This document shows, one piece after another, positions 10,101-18,114 of a DNA stretch of 64,000 bases (the stretch's first letter is position 1; each line of letters begins with the position of its first letter). The position numbers were made by a program, and so were the translations under genes. The notes under the pieces are model-generated. The model ran no database searches. It saw nothing but the letters and a program-made list of their open reading frames with translations, and was not told where the DNA came from. The stretch is from a virus (taxonomy: Duplodnaviria > Heunggongvirae > Uroviricota > Caudoviricetes), in the IMG/VR virus record IMGVR_UViG_3300021400_000932; one strand, written 5' to 3'.

Positions 10101-10902
10101 TATAACCAGAATCATAGTAATATTTCAAGAATGCCGGAGGAACCGACAGAATTATTTTGTTGGACCACGGAAATGTTGCCGGACCGAGATAATCACCATC
10201 TTGAGGACTGTCGGTATCAACCGAAGAATCAATTCCGGTTTCACCTCTTACGACGCCGGAAAGTGAAAATCCTGTCAGCAACAACCAGAAATCATGTTCT
10301 ACTTTATCAGAAAACAGCAGGCGCACCATACCCCTGTCACCCAAATCAGGAGAAAAGGTCTTCTTAGGATTTCCAGACGTCGAATTTGTCCATGTGCCAG
10401 GGGCTATAATATTTCCATCTACCAGCTTTGCATATTCCCCAAGCCTCTGGATATCATCATCCGATAACTTGGTATCCACTTTGGGAATTGAAGAAGAAAG
10501 TCGCTGAGAGGGAATATCCCCAGAAGGAGATGCTGTATTATCGTTGCGGATAGCTGCACCATATTTAACGATTTTAGAAGCCCAAGGAGAAGTAGAATAG
10601 GTATTACCATCTACGGTATATGAACCAAACTCGCCCTCTCCGATGAAAAATGAGCCTATAATTGTATTCACAGCACAAAGGTTGGTTTTGTTAGGAAGCA
10701 AGAAATCCCTCCAGTGAAAACCGGAGGTTGAGTCTGCGCTTACTTTTAATAATAGCGAAGCTCCAAAAGCCAAAGAAGATGCAAGCCATTCTGTTTCACT
10801 TGCAGGTTCTATGGTTGGGTCTTCACTTAAACAGTGTCTGACATAGACTTCATAAGCACTATATCCGACAACTCTGCCTTCATTATAAATATTCGATGGC
10901 AT
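7105..10902 (-). CDS. Large virion structural protein (tail/baseplate-associated, 1265 aa)
   Basis: S/T/G/N-rich, with an N-terminal GYSAYE motif often seen in phage tail proteins; lies in the tail module. Confidence 0.6.
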   Translation of the reverse strand: MPSNIYNEGRVVGYSAYEVYVRHCLSEDPTIEPASETEWLASSLAFGASLLLKVSADSTSGFHWRDFLLPNKTNLCAVNTIIGSFFIGEGEFGSYTVDGNTYSTSPWASKIVKYGAAIRNDNTASPSGDIPSQRLSSSIPKVDTKLSDDDIQRLGEYAKLVDGNIIAPGTWTNSTSGNPKKTFSPDLGDRGMVRLLFSDKVEHDFWLLLTGFSLSGVVRGETGIDSSVDTDSPQDGDYLGPATFPWSNKIILSVPPAFLKYYYDSGYIRRINNGPSTEVKSHAIIDMATTNPKTYYEDENNGVSDSQVPLSISKLRIASDDAAILTVYQRSSLFPPALYGVRAVANADDTSSENKLNPLDTVAPGTLKLFQNLQETDAYEQSKNFETQIPNNFGFYRNTNDFVVKQLDSTLTDKPSVPVADTYTEPFVGSLSNTEAISPYFAAQANSGEPNGYFFVHNIISRRISGCFSDSFKSNFGYTYTFNVLTSQTPPSDWTTNDGKKKYYKFENGGYVKIDDPSSLTYQANTYYLPTEQGQALDAMEKLSFPSTTPGALDWEMSKGMKNHVISKYPTNWHTKYYFALSITRSYVSGRDIRGITIVPIEMTTNKVDFVDKRYGGVLSLPWPLLPDANNIEEAETNYYKIEAGNYTDYLGNYWYTGSGPSLPSSNHQTIQTYIDSVNSSVASVTEPNRKVPANTRPTDEYTDWQDRYANVTLRQLFPQSKVIYDRDTNAGGVDRDMLGAFQYLYKLPRPNGGQQVASYVGVHSDYWNCTLSEALRYAMFYDMTKPKESGLKPGGFRIPLFFCMRSSTSYDSETGISVNGDLDITSTLKESSPKTISIPIPAEYRPTTGIQTVVNVAGYHQTKAVSLADASGADYATSGTGGDVSPSDGKIHWDDLLDILANNKSIDLLNSETFLRNLMVFLNSHIQSGAGINSQYNPANNTRLLSLSTETNSGISIAEGTGGTDVNSSGKHISAKVNSAKGMAVNAYGLYPNFAAEQGTGIHVSVNENGIIITNTMPDYSNGNYTELAYGTGFTINSPNKFNVTSGRIRVYVAASGDKNTVAIKVSFDTDSNGVHAGNTNFGHACYIYENGENARFSINDGGDGWARSTYDGVHNQDGSIDIDHVTNVFAFKHTLNSNIACKKANIVNITFTPSTLSALFKNSDRSKYRFEDTTGATSGIWNVTNADRASWSAACGLRGNSRHYKNGNLFNSAALMDANSDITIIGFSYADGYNSQFPNAYNTSNANSEHINLEVSGVFRYRG

Positions 10903-10916
10903 ATTGTTCCAGCTCC

Positions 10917-11297
10917 TTAATTAGCTTCTGGGGTTTCAATTATAACTATACCGAAATCCGTAGAAATCTGCGTAGCGGATGTAATGGTAATTCCGCCTGC
11001 CTTTGTTTCAATAGACTCCCATTGCTCAAATGCGGCTTTTTGAGCGGTCGTTGAATTTGATGCCGGAAGTACCGCCACGATAGTGGAATTAGCACTCATA
11101 GATGAAGATGTCGAAACATCTTGTGTGTACTTACCGGATGTTGCAACCCACCCACTACTCGGAATCGTTACTTTGTATATGTTGATTTCGCTGTTAGCTT
11201 CTACATCATGAATATATGAAGCAAGCCACAGCAACACATTGTCTAACTCTTTGTGTTCTGAATTCAATGGAGCGATGTCTATTTCTGCCATATGCAA
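10917..11297 (-). CDS. Small tail-associated protein
   Basis: VTIPSSGWVATSGKYTQDV motif typical of Bacillota phage tail accessory domains. Confidence 0.5.
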   Translation of the reverse strand: MHMAEIDIAPLNSEHKELDNVLLWLASYIHDVEANSEINIYKVTIPSSGWVATSGKYTQDVSTSSSMSANSTIVAVLPASNSTTAQKAAFEQWESIETKAGGITITSATQISTDFGIVIIETPEAN

Positions 11298-11306
11298 TTC
11301 ACCTCA

Positions 11307-12185
11307 TTAGTAAGGAGTATGTGAGTTATAACCAAATGCTTCGAGTTTGGTTATTGTAGCACTCGATAGTTTTATGGTCTTGTTTTCTAAAGTCATGGTG
11401 TTTTCCGTATTCGCAACTTGCATACCGCCGGAATACAATTCACCGCCTTGTGTGTAAACACTGGCATTTGAGTATGTCTGCGGATTATTACCTTGTGTTT
11501 TAGAACCAACAAGGAATAGCTTATCCGTTGTATTCGTAGAACCTGCGGTATTCTTAGTATCAGTAGTTGTGATAGTAACTAAAACATTATTATTACCATC
11601 AATAAACTGAATTTGGTCTGTTCCAACAACAGCACGAACTTCTTTTACATAAGAAGTAATATCATTGCCATTGATGTCTTTCTGAGCTTTTGTGGCGGTA
11701 CCGTCTAAGTTTCCTTGGAACTTAGGAGCAACAAGAGTAGATTCACCGCTTGAATTTTGTACATAAACAGAAGAACTACCATATTCTTGTACAGGGTTTG
11801 AGGGGTTGTATGAAGTTGCACCGGTCAAATACATCTTTGACGATGTTCCGAGGCTTGATACTTTCACCGTAAGACCGGTTGGGTGTGACACCCGAACAAA
11901 TACTCTATCCGTACTATTAAACAAGTACAATCCACTATCTTCTGAGACGGAACCATCTACTGAGACAGAATTATAAAAATAAAAAGTTCGGTCATTCGCA
12001 TCAGGAATGGACGCTAATGTCGGCTTTTGAAATACTTCCTGATATTGCATACCCAAAACAGCATGGCGTTTGGTATTCATATCATAGTACATACCAGGTT
12101 CATCGTATATTACAATAATCTGACCATCGGACTTTTCAACGCTATTGAGCAATGCACGAGATACAACTGTAAATTTTACATCCAT
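11307..12185 (-). CDS. Tail fibre-like protein
   Basis: FQGNLDGTATKA and AGSTNTTDKLFLVGS..Q...PQTYSN motifs of phage fibre proteins. Confidence 0.6.
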   Translation of the reverse strand: MDVKFTVVSRALLNSVEKSDGQIIVIYDEPGMYYDMNTKRHAVLGMQYQEVFQKPTLASIPDANDRTFYFYNSVSVDGSVSEDSGLYLFNSTDRVFVRVSHPTGLTVKVSSLGTSSKMYLTGATSYNPSNPVQEYGSSSVYVQNSSGESTLVAPKFQGNLDGTATKAQKDINGNDITSYVKEVRAVVGTDQIQFIDGNNNVLVTITTTDTKNTAGSTNTTDKLFLVGSKTQGNNPQTYSNASVYTQGGELYSGGMQVANTENTMTLENKTIKLSSATITKLEAFGYNSHTPY

Positions 12186-12201
12186 TTATTCAACTCACCC
12201 C

Positions 12202-12723
12202 TTATTCCGGTATTGCACTCCACACACAGATTCCCGCATCTATTGCAGAAATCCAAGAACCTACTCCATTTGTAAATCTGTAAACATAAGTTCCGTTGTT
12301 TGTTGGTGGTGCCGCTATGAGAGATTGACCTGACCAGTTAGTGATATTTCCCGTCTGAGCATCTATTCTGAGTAAGTTTCTCGGATTCGATGATATGCCG
12401 CCACCGATGATAACAATAGCACCATCATCAGGAGCATTATATTTACCAAGAACAACTTGATTTTCCACCCTTGCGGTAGTGTTTGTACCAAGCGCAACGG
12501 AAGATACGCCACTTGCAGTAGTGTTTTTACCTAATGATGTAGATGCTTGACCGCCCGCAGTAGTATTCATGCCTTGTGCATGGGCCGCCTCACCGGATGC
12601 TGTATTGTTTATACCCTCAACTGTGGCATTTGCACCTATAGTACTACCTGCCGCATTACCGGCAGTAACATAGGACTTTCCGTTCTGCATATATTTGTTT
12701 GCAGGGTTATAGAATATACCCAA
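12202..12723 (-). CDS. YadA-head/Hep_Hag repeat beta-roll fibre protein
   Basis: 14-residue repeats: NTASGEAAHAQGM, NTTAGGQASTSLGK, NTTASGVSSVALGT. Confidence 0.7.
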   Translation of the reverse strand: MGIFYNPANKYMQNGKSYVTAGNAAGSTIGANATVEGINNTASGEAAHAQGMNTTAGGQASTSLGKNTTASGVSSVALGTNTTARVENQVVLGKYNAPDDGAIVIIGGGISSNPRNLLRIDAQTGNITNWSGQSLIAAPPTNNGTYVYRFTNGVGSWISAIDAGICVWSAIPE

Positions 12724-12737
12724 TGATAATTCCTCCC

Positions 12738-13190
12738 TCAGATTTCTTTGAACTCCAAAAATTTATGACCGAATATCTTATAGTAAGGTGCTGGGAGTTC
12801 TCGGAATACATAGTAATTTATTGCGTCCGCCAATAATATTGCCGGAAAGGACAATGCGAACCAAATACAAGAAAATGGCAAGCAGATTATGCCTTTATAG
12901 TTAAAAGGTAAATTTGAATAGTCCCACATTTTTGGTATGATACCATGTAATGCAAGCTCTCCAAATATAAATTCCAATCCGGTTATTACCAAGCAGCCTA
13001 TTAAACATTGTAATAGGATATCCATATCCCAACTTATGTGGTTGTTGATTTTGTCTATGACCACCAAAGCGATACCGCCGCACACACCCATCAATGGATA
13101 TGATACTCCACGATAGCACACTTCAATAGCAATATATGTACAGAAACCAACAAGAAACAATACAAGGTTCTTTATGATTATTCGTTTCAT
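12738..13190 (-). CDS. Putative ABC-transporter permease-like membrane protein (CmpB/TMEM229-like)
   Basis: Four hydrophobic segments; ITGLEFIFG...MWDYSNLPFNYKGIICLPFS..W motif. Confidence 0.7.
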   Translation of the reverse strand: MKRIIIKNLVLFLVGFCTYIAIEVCYRGVSYPLMGVCGGIALVVIDKINNHISWDMDILLQCLIGCLVITGLEFIFGELALHGIIPKMWDYSNLPFNYKGIICLPFSCIWFALSFPAILLADAINYYVFRELPAPYYKIFGHKFLEFKEI

Positions 13191-13906
13191 TATGCACTCA
13201 ACTGATTAAGCAAATCTTTCAGAACTTCAGATTGATATTCTTCCGGAATAGCCACACCATAGGTAATTGCATTTACAGCATCTATGGTTTCTATGTGGTT
13301 GATGTAGTTTTTCAGAGAATTGTAATATGTAGTGTGGTATGTTTTGTGGGTGATAGCTTTGTTTGTGATGGTGATTATATCAGCAGCACTATAGTAGATG
13401 CATAAATTGCCAGCAGCATGGTATGGTAATCTGTCAATGCCTTTTTCTGCTAATTGCCTTAATTCTCCGAGGTTGGTTTGGTCTTCTTCATCCAAATCAA
13501 AATGATAGGTATTAGAATCAGACAAGGTGACGTCAATGCCTGCAACAATGACATTATGGCAGGTGGTATCCATCTCATCAATTTTAACTCGCCTTGCCAT
13601 TTCGAGGTCTGTTATTTCTGGGTCTATCGGTTCAGTTTCTCTATTTAATTGGTCAAGAAGATAAACATACTCCGATTCGGAAATTTCAGTCAAGAAAACA
13701 GTAAGAAAAATTCCTGCTTTCTGAGGGAAATCTGGTTTATCTGCAAGATGGAAGACTCTGCCGAGTCGTTGTGAGATAACCCCTCGAATGTCTGGGTCAT
13801 CAGCATTGCAACGAATTATAAGATTATTCTTTTCTTGGTATTTGCAATACTCAACACAATCCGTAACATCAATGACTTTTCCATTTTGAGTTAGCTTATA
13901 AAACAT
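13190..13906 (-). CDS. DUF4376-like tail-fibre assembly/accessory protein
   Basis: KIDEMDTTCHNVIVAGIDV...HFDLDEEDQTNL...YHA.G..C..YSAADI..I...A..HKTYHTTYYNSLK motif. Confidence 0.65.
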   Translation of the reverse strand: MFYKLTQNGKVIDVTDCVEYCKYQEKNNLIIRCNADDPDIRGVISQRLGRVFHLADKPDFPQKAGIFLTVFLTEISESEYVYLLDQLNRETEPIDPEITDLEMARRVKIDEMDTTCHNVIVAGIDVTLSDSNTYHFDLDEEDQTNLGELRQLAEKGIDRLPYHAAGNLCIYYSAADIITITNKAITHKTYHTTYYNSLKNYINHIETIDAVNAITYGVAIPEEYQSEVLKDLLNQLSA

Positions 13907-13929
13907 GTTATCTTCTCCTTTAATATATT

Positions 13930-15129
13930 CTATGCGGCTTTCTTCTCTTGGGTTGTAATAGAATTTCCGAATTTCGGACGTATGGGATTTGTGGGACCGG
14001 CTTTATCAAGTTTCTTGACATTTTTGCCAACCCTCGGCGGTTCATACCCATAGTGTTCTTTCCACATTAAGCGAAGATTGCGCCTTAGCTTGCAAGTATC
14101 ATATTTCTTTATATTTCCGATGGTAGATTTATAATACTGCTCTACTTGTTTGTGTTCTGCAAGTCCTGCGGCCTCTCTTTCAAACCACCATTTCATCTTT
14201 TGATACATACGAGTAACAGAACTTCTACTTATTCTGACAACAATCTTACCGGTGTCTTTCAACAAAAATCTTTTCTGTAAGAATGTAAATCCTCTTTTCA
14301 GTGCTAAGTAAAATGTTTTCTTTTTGTTTAGTTTCAATCCCCACCTTTGAGAAATTTCGTCTATTGCGGCGATAACCTCAACAGCTTCCTCTTTTGTGCG
14401 GACTAAAATCCATCCATCATCCATATACTGAACATAATAGCGTATCCGTAATTTGTCTTTTAGATAATGACAAATTTTAGAAGTGTAGAATACCGCAAGA
14501 GTTTGAGAAACTTCACTACCGAGATTCAGTCCGTGGTCATCTGAGGTTATATAGACCATATTGCGAACAAGGTTCAGAATCCGTTCGTCCTCGATGTATT
14601 CATTAACTAGTTGTATAGCAGTTTCTCTCGGTATGCTATCAAAATAAGATTTGAAATCAAATCTTATAACATACCCGTCTGTTCCATATTTGCGATAATA
14701 TTCACCAAGCAGTCGCTTGACTCGCTTAATAGCAAAAGTAGTTCCCTTATTTTTCTGGCTTGCACCGTTATCATAAATAATTGTTCTGCCAAGTATAGGG
14801 TTAAGACAAAATTTGCATAAGCATTTTTGTACTACTCGTTCTCGTATATGAATGCTGTTTATTATACGCAGCTTACCTCGTTCATAAATAACAAATATGG
14901 TATTTGTTTTGATAACAAAGGTAAGGGTTGCAAGTTCATCAAAAAGTTGGTCGCACTTCAAATGAAGTTGAAATGCGAAATTCTTGACACTCGTTTTCCA
15001 TCGCACACCACGCAAGCACATATATGCAGAAATGACAAGGTGTTCATAGGAAAATACTAAATCATAGTCAAAGTATTCGGGCAATCGAGATTTCCAATTA
15101 TTGAATCTGATTAAAGAGTAATAATTCAC
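13930..15129 (-). CDS. DGR reverse transcriptase
   Basis: YMDD catalytic motif, GLNLGSEVSQ (DGR-type GxxxSQ) and FDFKSYFDSI; GTG start; adjacent TR, Avd and VRs. Confidence 0.97.
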   Translation of the reverse strand: MNYYSLIRFNNWKSRLPEYFDYDLVFSYEHLVISAYMCLRGVRWKTSVKNFAFQLHLKCDQLFDELATLTFVIKTNTIFVIYERGKLRIINSIHIRERVVQKCLCKFCLNPILGRTIIYDNGASQKNKGTTFAIKRVKRLLGEYYRKYGTDGYVIRFDFKSYFDSIPRETAIQLVNEYIEDERILNLVRNMVYITSDDHGLNLGSEVSQTLAVFYTSKICHYLKDKLRIRYYVQYMDDGWILVRTKEEAVEVIAAIDEISQRWGLKLNKKKTFYLALKRGFTFLQKRFLLKDTGKIVVRISRSSVTRMYQKMKWWFEREAAGLAEHKQVEQYYKSTIGNIKKYDTCKLRRNLRLMWKEHYGYEPPRVGKNVKKLDKAGPTNPIRPKFGNSITTQEKKAA

Positions 15130-15433
15130 CGCTGTCCTACGCTTCTTCCTAATAGCAACTAGTTCAGTTGATTAGAGTCGTAGTGGAGTTCATCTTATAG
15201 TAAGATAAGGTCATACACTCCTTCTGAAGAATCCTTACAAGGCTTTCATCATTGACCCGAAAGGTAAGTCTTATAAGACAGTTTTACTCTCGGTGAATAC
15301 TAACCTAAGTGTCTCCTTTGGAAGGACATGTCCACCCAAAAGATTTACTACCAACAAGTACAAGGACATTTACACATAAAGTGCATATCGCAGTATCTCG
15401 CGACCCTGATACCAGATTTGTGTTAGCAATTCC
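15130..15433 (-). ncRNA. DGR spacer (3' part of the template RNA between TR and RT)
   Basis: About 300 nt of non-coding sequence directly 3' of the TR with several short inverted repeats; position matches the spacer of characterised DGRs. Confidence 0.55.
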
Positions 15434-15526
15434 CAGAATCCGAAGCCAACGCTGTAGGAATTATTGGCGTTGTTGTTGTTCCCTGAACCACTCGTATTGA
15501 CATTCCAGAAATTCGTCGAGGACTGA
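15434..15526 (-). repeat. DGR template repeat (TR), 93 bp
   Basis: AAT/AAC-rich. Aligns with both VRs with mismatches only at TR adenines. Confidence 0.97.
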
Positions 15527-15633
15527 ACGGGATGTACAGCATATAACCTTTGCAAAAAAATCTACGGTGGAGATGTGGAAATCTCGATGCCTATATTCTA
15601 AGCAGACAAAGTAAATAGGAAAAGAATGAATTT

Positions 15634-16068
15634 CTACGGAGTGGTTTTCTCCTGTGCCAACTTCTTTTTCATATCTTTAGCCCTTGCTGCGTCAGAACGC
15701 ATTAATGCTTTCATCTGTCTAGTTGCACTATTTACAAAGTGCATCCACCGATGCATTCGTGTTTTCTTTATCTTATAACATTCAGAAATCAATGTGGCTT
15801 CTTCTGCGAACAGATAAGCAGACTGGATTGATTGTTTAAAATATTTTTCACGAATTTCGGCATCTTCCGGTTTATTGAAGTAATGGTTGTTAGCACGGCA
15901 TCCATATCTTTCAGCATCTGTAGCTAATTTATACAGGTCTTTTAAAGCGAACTCTCTTGATTTCTTGCTTTGTTTGTTACACCAAGCGATTACATCCTTG
16001 CGGAGAAATTTGAGTTCATCTTTGAATGATGCTTTAGATAAAGTTTGTTTACTTTTTGGGACGCTCAT
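15634..16068 (-). CDS. avd: DGR accessory variability determinant (Avd-like four-helix bundle)
   Basis: Basic helical 144 aa protein (MSVPKSKQ...W...MRSDAAR) immediately upstream of TR and RT. Confidence 0.85.
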   Translation of the reverse strand: MSVPKSKQTLSKASFKDELKFLRKDVIAWCNKQSKKSREFALKDLYKLATDAERYGCRANNHYFNKPEDAEIREKYFKQSIQSAYLFAEEATLISECYKIKKTRMHRWMHFVNSATRQMKALMRSDAARAKDMKKKLAQEKTTP

Positions 16069-16129
16069 GCCGACCTCTAATCAAATGGATTACCTATTTA
16101 TTTTTATTTGTACCTCAAGGTACATTATT

Positions 16130-16140
16130 ATTTAAGGTTA
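16130..16140 (-). promoter_or_regulatory. Promoter-like motif TAACCTTAAAT upstream of avd-TR-RT
   Basis: AACC variant of the recurring upstream motif. Confidence 0.45.
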
Positions 16141-16167
16141 TTTTAATTACCTGCGTGTCTTACTTTG

Positions 16168-16244
16168 GTAGAGTATTCGCAAAGGCTCATACTCTACTCA
16201 AACTGCTCCGTATGCAGGGACTTGCGCCCTGCAATTACGGAGCA
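16168..16244 (-). other. Two-hairpin element downstream of VR1
   Basis: Hairpin 16204-16244 (minus-strand loop CGCAAGT) and hairpin 16168-16197 (loop GAGCCTTTGCGA). Confidence 0.8.
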
Positions 16245-16256
16245 AATTAAAGGAAA

Positions 16257-17993
16257 TTAATCTCTGCCAAGGCAGAAGCCGAAGCCAACGCTGTAGGAAC
16301 CACCGGCGACGTAGCTGAACCCTGAACCACTCGTATAGACAGACCAGAAACCCGTCGAGGACTGATGAGCTGGTGTTCCTGTCCAATAGTATACAGCGAT
16401 ACCGGTGCCTAAACCAAGTTTCTTTATTCTGGTTGCGTTGCTTACATAATAAGGGAATGCTACACTATCTGCACCAGAATCTACTTCATAGCTGTACGGT
16501 GCCGCTGTCTGCAATCCTAAATCTGCTGCAGTTTCATTATAGAGAGGATATTCTACCATTGTGGTGGTTTCTTTCGAATTACCATCTAATCTCGGATATT
16601 TGAGAGTTGGAATAGAAGTTACGATTGTATCCGGTAGAGCAGAATACAGCAAAGGAAATGTTGTACTTAACATTCTGGATGTTGGGAAACCGCCTACATT
16701 TGTATTTCCGGAATTCATCGGTCCTGCGGTATCTGTTCCATCAGCAATACTCCAACAAGTATGTGCGAACTGATTTGTTCCGGCAATTTTATAGTGGTTA
16801 TAACCGACAAATCTAAATCGGAATGTTACATCAGAAGATGCATTGTCACCAAGTTCTACTCGCATTATATCGCCGATAGAAATATAATCCAAATAGTTGT
16901 TAGAATTGCAAATTGCAAGTAGTTCTCCCCAAGTGTATGCCGAAGTGTATTCAGGATTATTTGTCCACACATAATCAAACTGAGAAACATCGACAGGAGC
17001 TGCTGGTAATGCCAATTCAGAAAGTTTTGCGGTTATAACTGTATCATCGGTTATGTTGGTTAATGGTTTATCCCAACCATCGAAATACTTATTGGGGACG
17101 CTAATAGCACCACCGAGCCATTTAACAGACCCACCATCTTTTACATAAGAAGTTTGCTTCAGTTCTGAGTTTACATAGAACTCTACTTGATGCATAGGGA
17201 TTTCGGAAGTAGTGACTATGGTGTAGGTTAAAGTGCGTTCATTCTGTTCATAATCTATGATTTTCTGAACTGCTATATGCGTAGCCGATGGCGTTAGATA
17301 TGGCATAATATTGAAACTCAATGCACCCTGAGCTACATTTGTTTGACGGGAGATTTCGTTTCCGTTCAATGTCCATATTACCGTTCCGACTCCGGTTTGT
17401 GTGTGGTCAACATTCCACAGGCTATCCCATGTGCTGGTAAGATTAAACTCCTGGGATGGGATAAACTCTATGTTCTGAGCCATACCGCCGGAAGTGGTAT
17501 TGGTTAGTCTTGTGGTAATAGTATATCCAAGAGTGGTATCAGCATAGTTCTTTACCGCTCTTGAGGTAGGAATACCGGTCGAAGTACTGGATATAGCTAC
17601 ATCGGCAGCTTGCGTAGTTCCTGTCAAAGTCTGACCGGAGATGGCAACACTCTTGACAAAAGTTACTGCATCACCGACAACCTCACCGGTGCAGTTCGTA
17701 AGAGTAGCAATAACAGTCCAATCATAGGAACTACCATTCTTACTACAAGTATATAGTGTATTTCCCTCGGAATAGACATAGATGATTCCTTCTACACCCT
17801 CAGTCGCAGGCGTCGGAACAGCATTGAGGAATCTTACCGATTTAGTGTATTCATCCGCACCGACAAATATCTGGTGGGTGTCAGTAAGGAAATACAGAGT
17901 ATCGGTATCTTTGGTTTGCAGATTGTTGAAACTTGCTGAAGTTCCAACCATAAAGTTTATTTTGGAATTTACATTCGGCATAGCATTAATCAC
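16257..17993 (-). CDS. DGR target protein 1 (receptor-binding tail protein; DUF6273/CLec-like C-terminus, Listeria-Bacteroides repeat)
   Basis: N-terminal KDTDTLYFLTD tail motif, VEFYV...YFDGWDK..NITDDTVITAK repeat, and C-terminal VR ending YSVGFGFCL. Confidence 0.9.
   Translation of the reverse strand: MINAMPNVNSKINFMVGTSASFNNLQTKDTDTLYFLTDTHQIFVGADEYTKSVRFLNAVPTPATEGVEGIIYVYSEGNTLYTCSKNGSSYDWTVIATLTNCTGEVVGDAVTFVKSVAISGQTLTGTTQAADVAISSTSTGIPTSRAVKNYADTTLGYTITTRLTNTTSGGMAQNIEFIPSQEFNLTSTWDSLWNVDHTQTGVGTVIWTLNGNEISRQTNVAQGALSFNIMPYLTPSATHIAVQKIIDYEQNERTLTYTIVTTSEIPMHQVEFYVNSELKQTSYVKDGGSVKWLGGAISVPNKYFDGWDKPLTNITDDTVITAKLSELALPAAPVDVSQFDYVWTNNPEYTSAYTWGELLAICNSNNYLDYISIGDIMRVELGDNASSDVTFRFRFVGYNHYKIAGTNQFAHTCWSIADGTDTAGPMNSGNTNVGGFPTSRMLSTTFPLLYSALPDTIVTSIPTLKYPRLDGNSKETTTMVEYPLYNETAADLGLQTAAPYSYEVDSGADSVAFPYYVSNATRIKKLGLGTGIAVYYWTGTPAHQSSTGFWSVYTSGSGFSYVAGGSYSVGFGFCLGRD
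16273..16365 (-). repeat. Variable repeat VR1 (93 bp)
   Basis: 16 mismatches to the TR, all at TR adenines. Confidence 0.97.
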
Positions 17994-18026
17994 CTCATAA
18001 TTTAATAGTTTGTCATTTGGTTGATG

Positions 18027-18099
18027 GGTGGCTCACACCTCGCAGGCTCGGCGTTCACCACAGCTCTAATGCGGGGACTTGCGCCCCGCAAATTAGAGC
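18027..18099 (-). other. Two-hairpin element downstream of VR2
   Basis: Hairpin 18063-18099 (loop CGCAAGT) and hairpin 18027-18059 (loop GAGCCTGCGA); stems differ from the VR1 copy but keep their pairing. Confidence 0.8.
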
Positions 18100-18114
18100 A
18101 AAAATTAAGGGAAA

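Noticed and set aside
7105-12723. Third DGR target among the downstream tail genes
   Set aside because: No TR-like sequence or CGCAAGT hairpin seen at their 3' ends.
12738-13190. MKRIIIKN start as a member of the leader family
   Set aside because: It lacks the A/S motif, leads straight into a TM helix, and the protein is not acidic; probably a positive-inside N-terminus.
13930-15129. RT as a group II intron, retron or Abi-type RT
   Set aside because: The A-specific TR/VR pairs, Avd and GxxxSQ motif identify a DGR; there is no maturase/endonuclease domain or msr-msd.
15370-15555. 61 aa ORF resembling the target C-termini
   Set aside because: This is the TR read in frame; stop-free TRs are expected and there is no convincing RBS.
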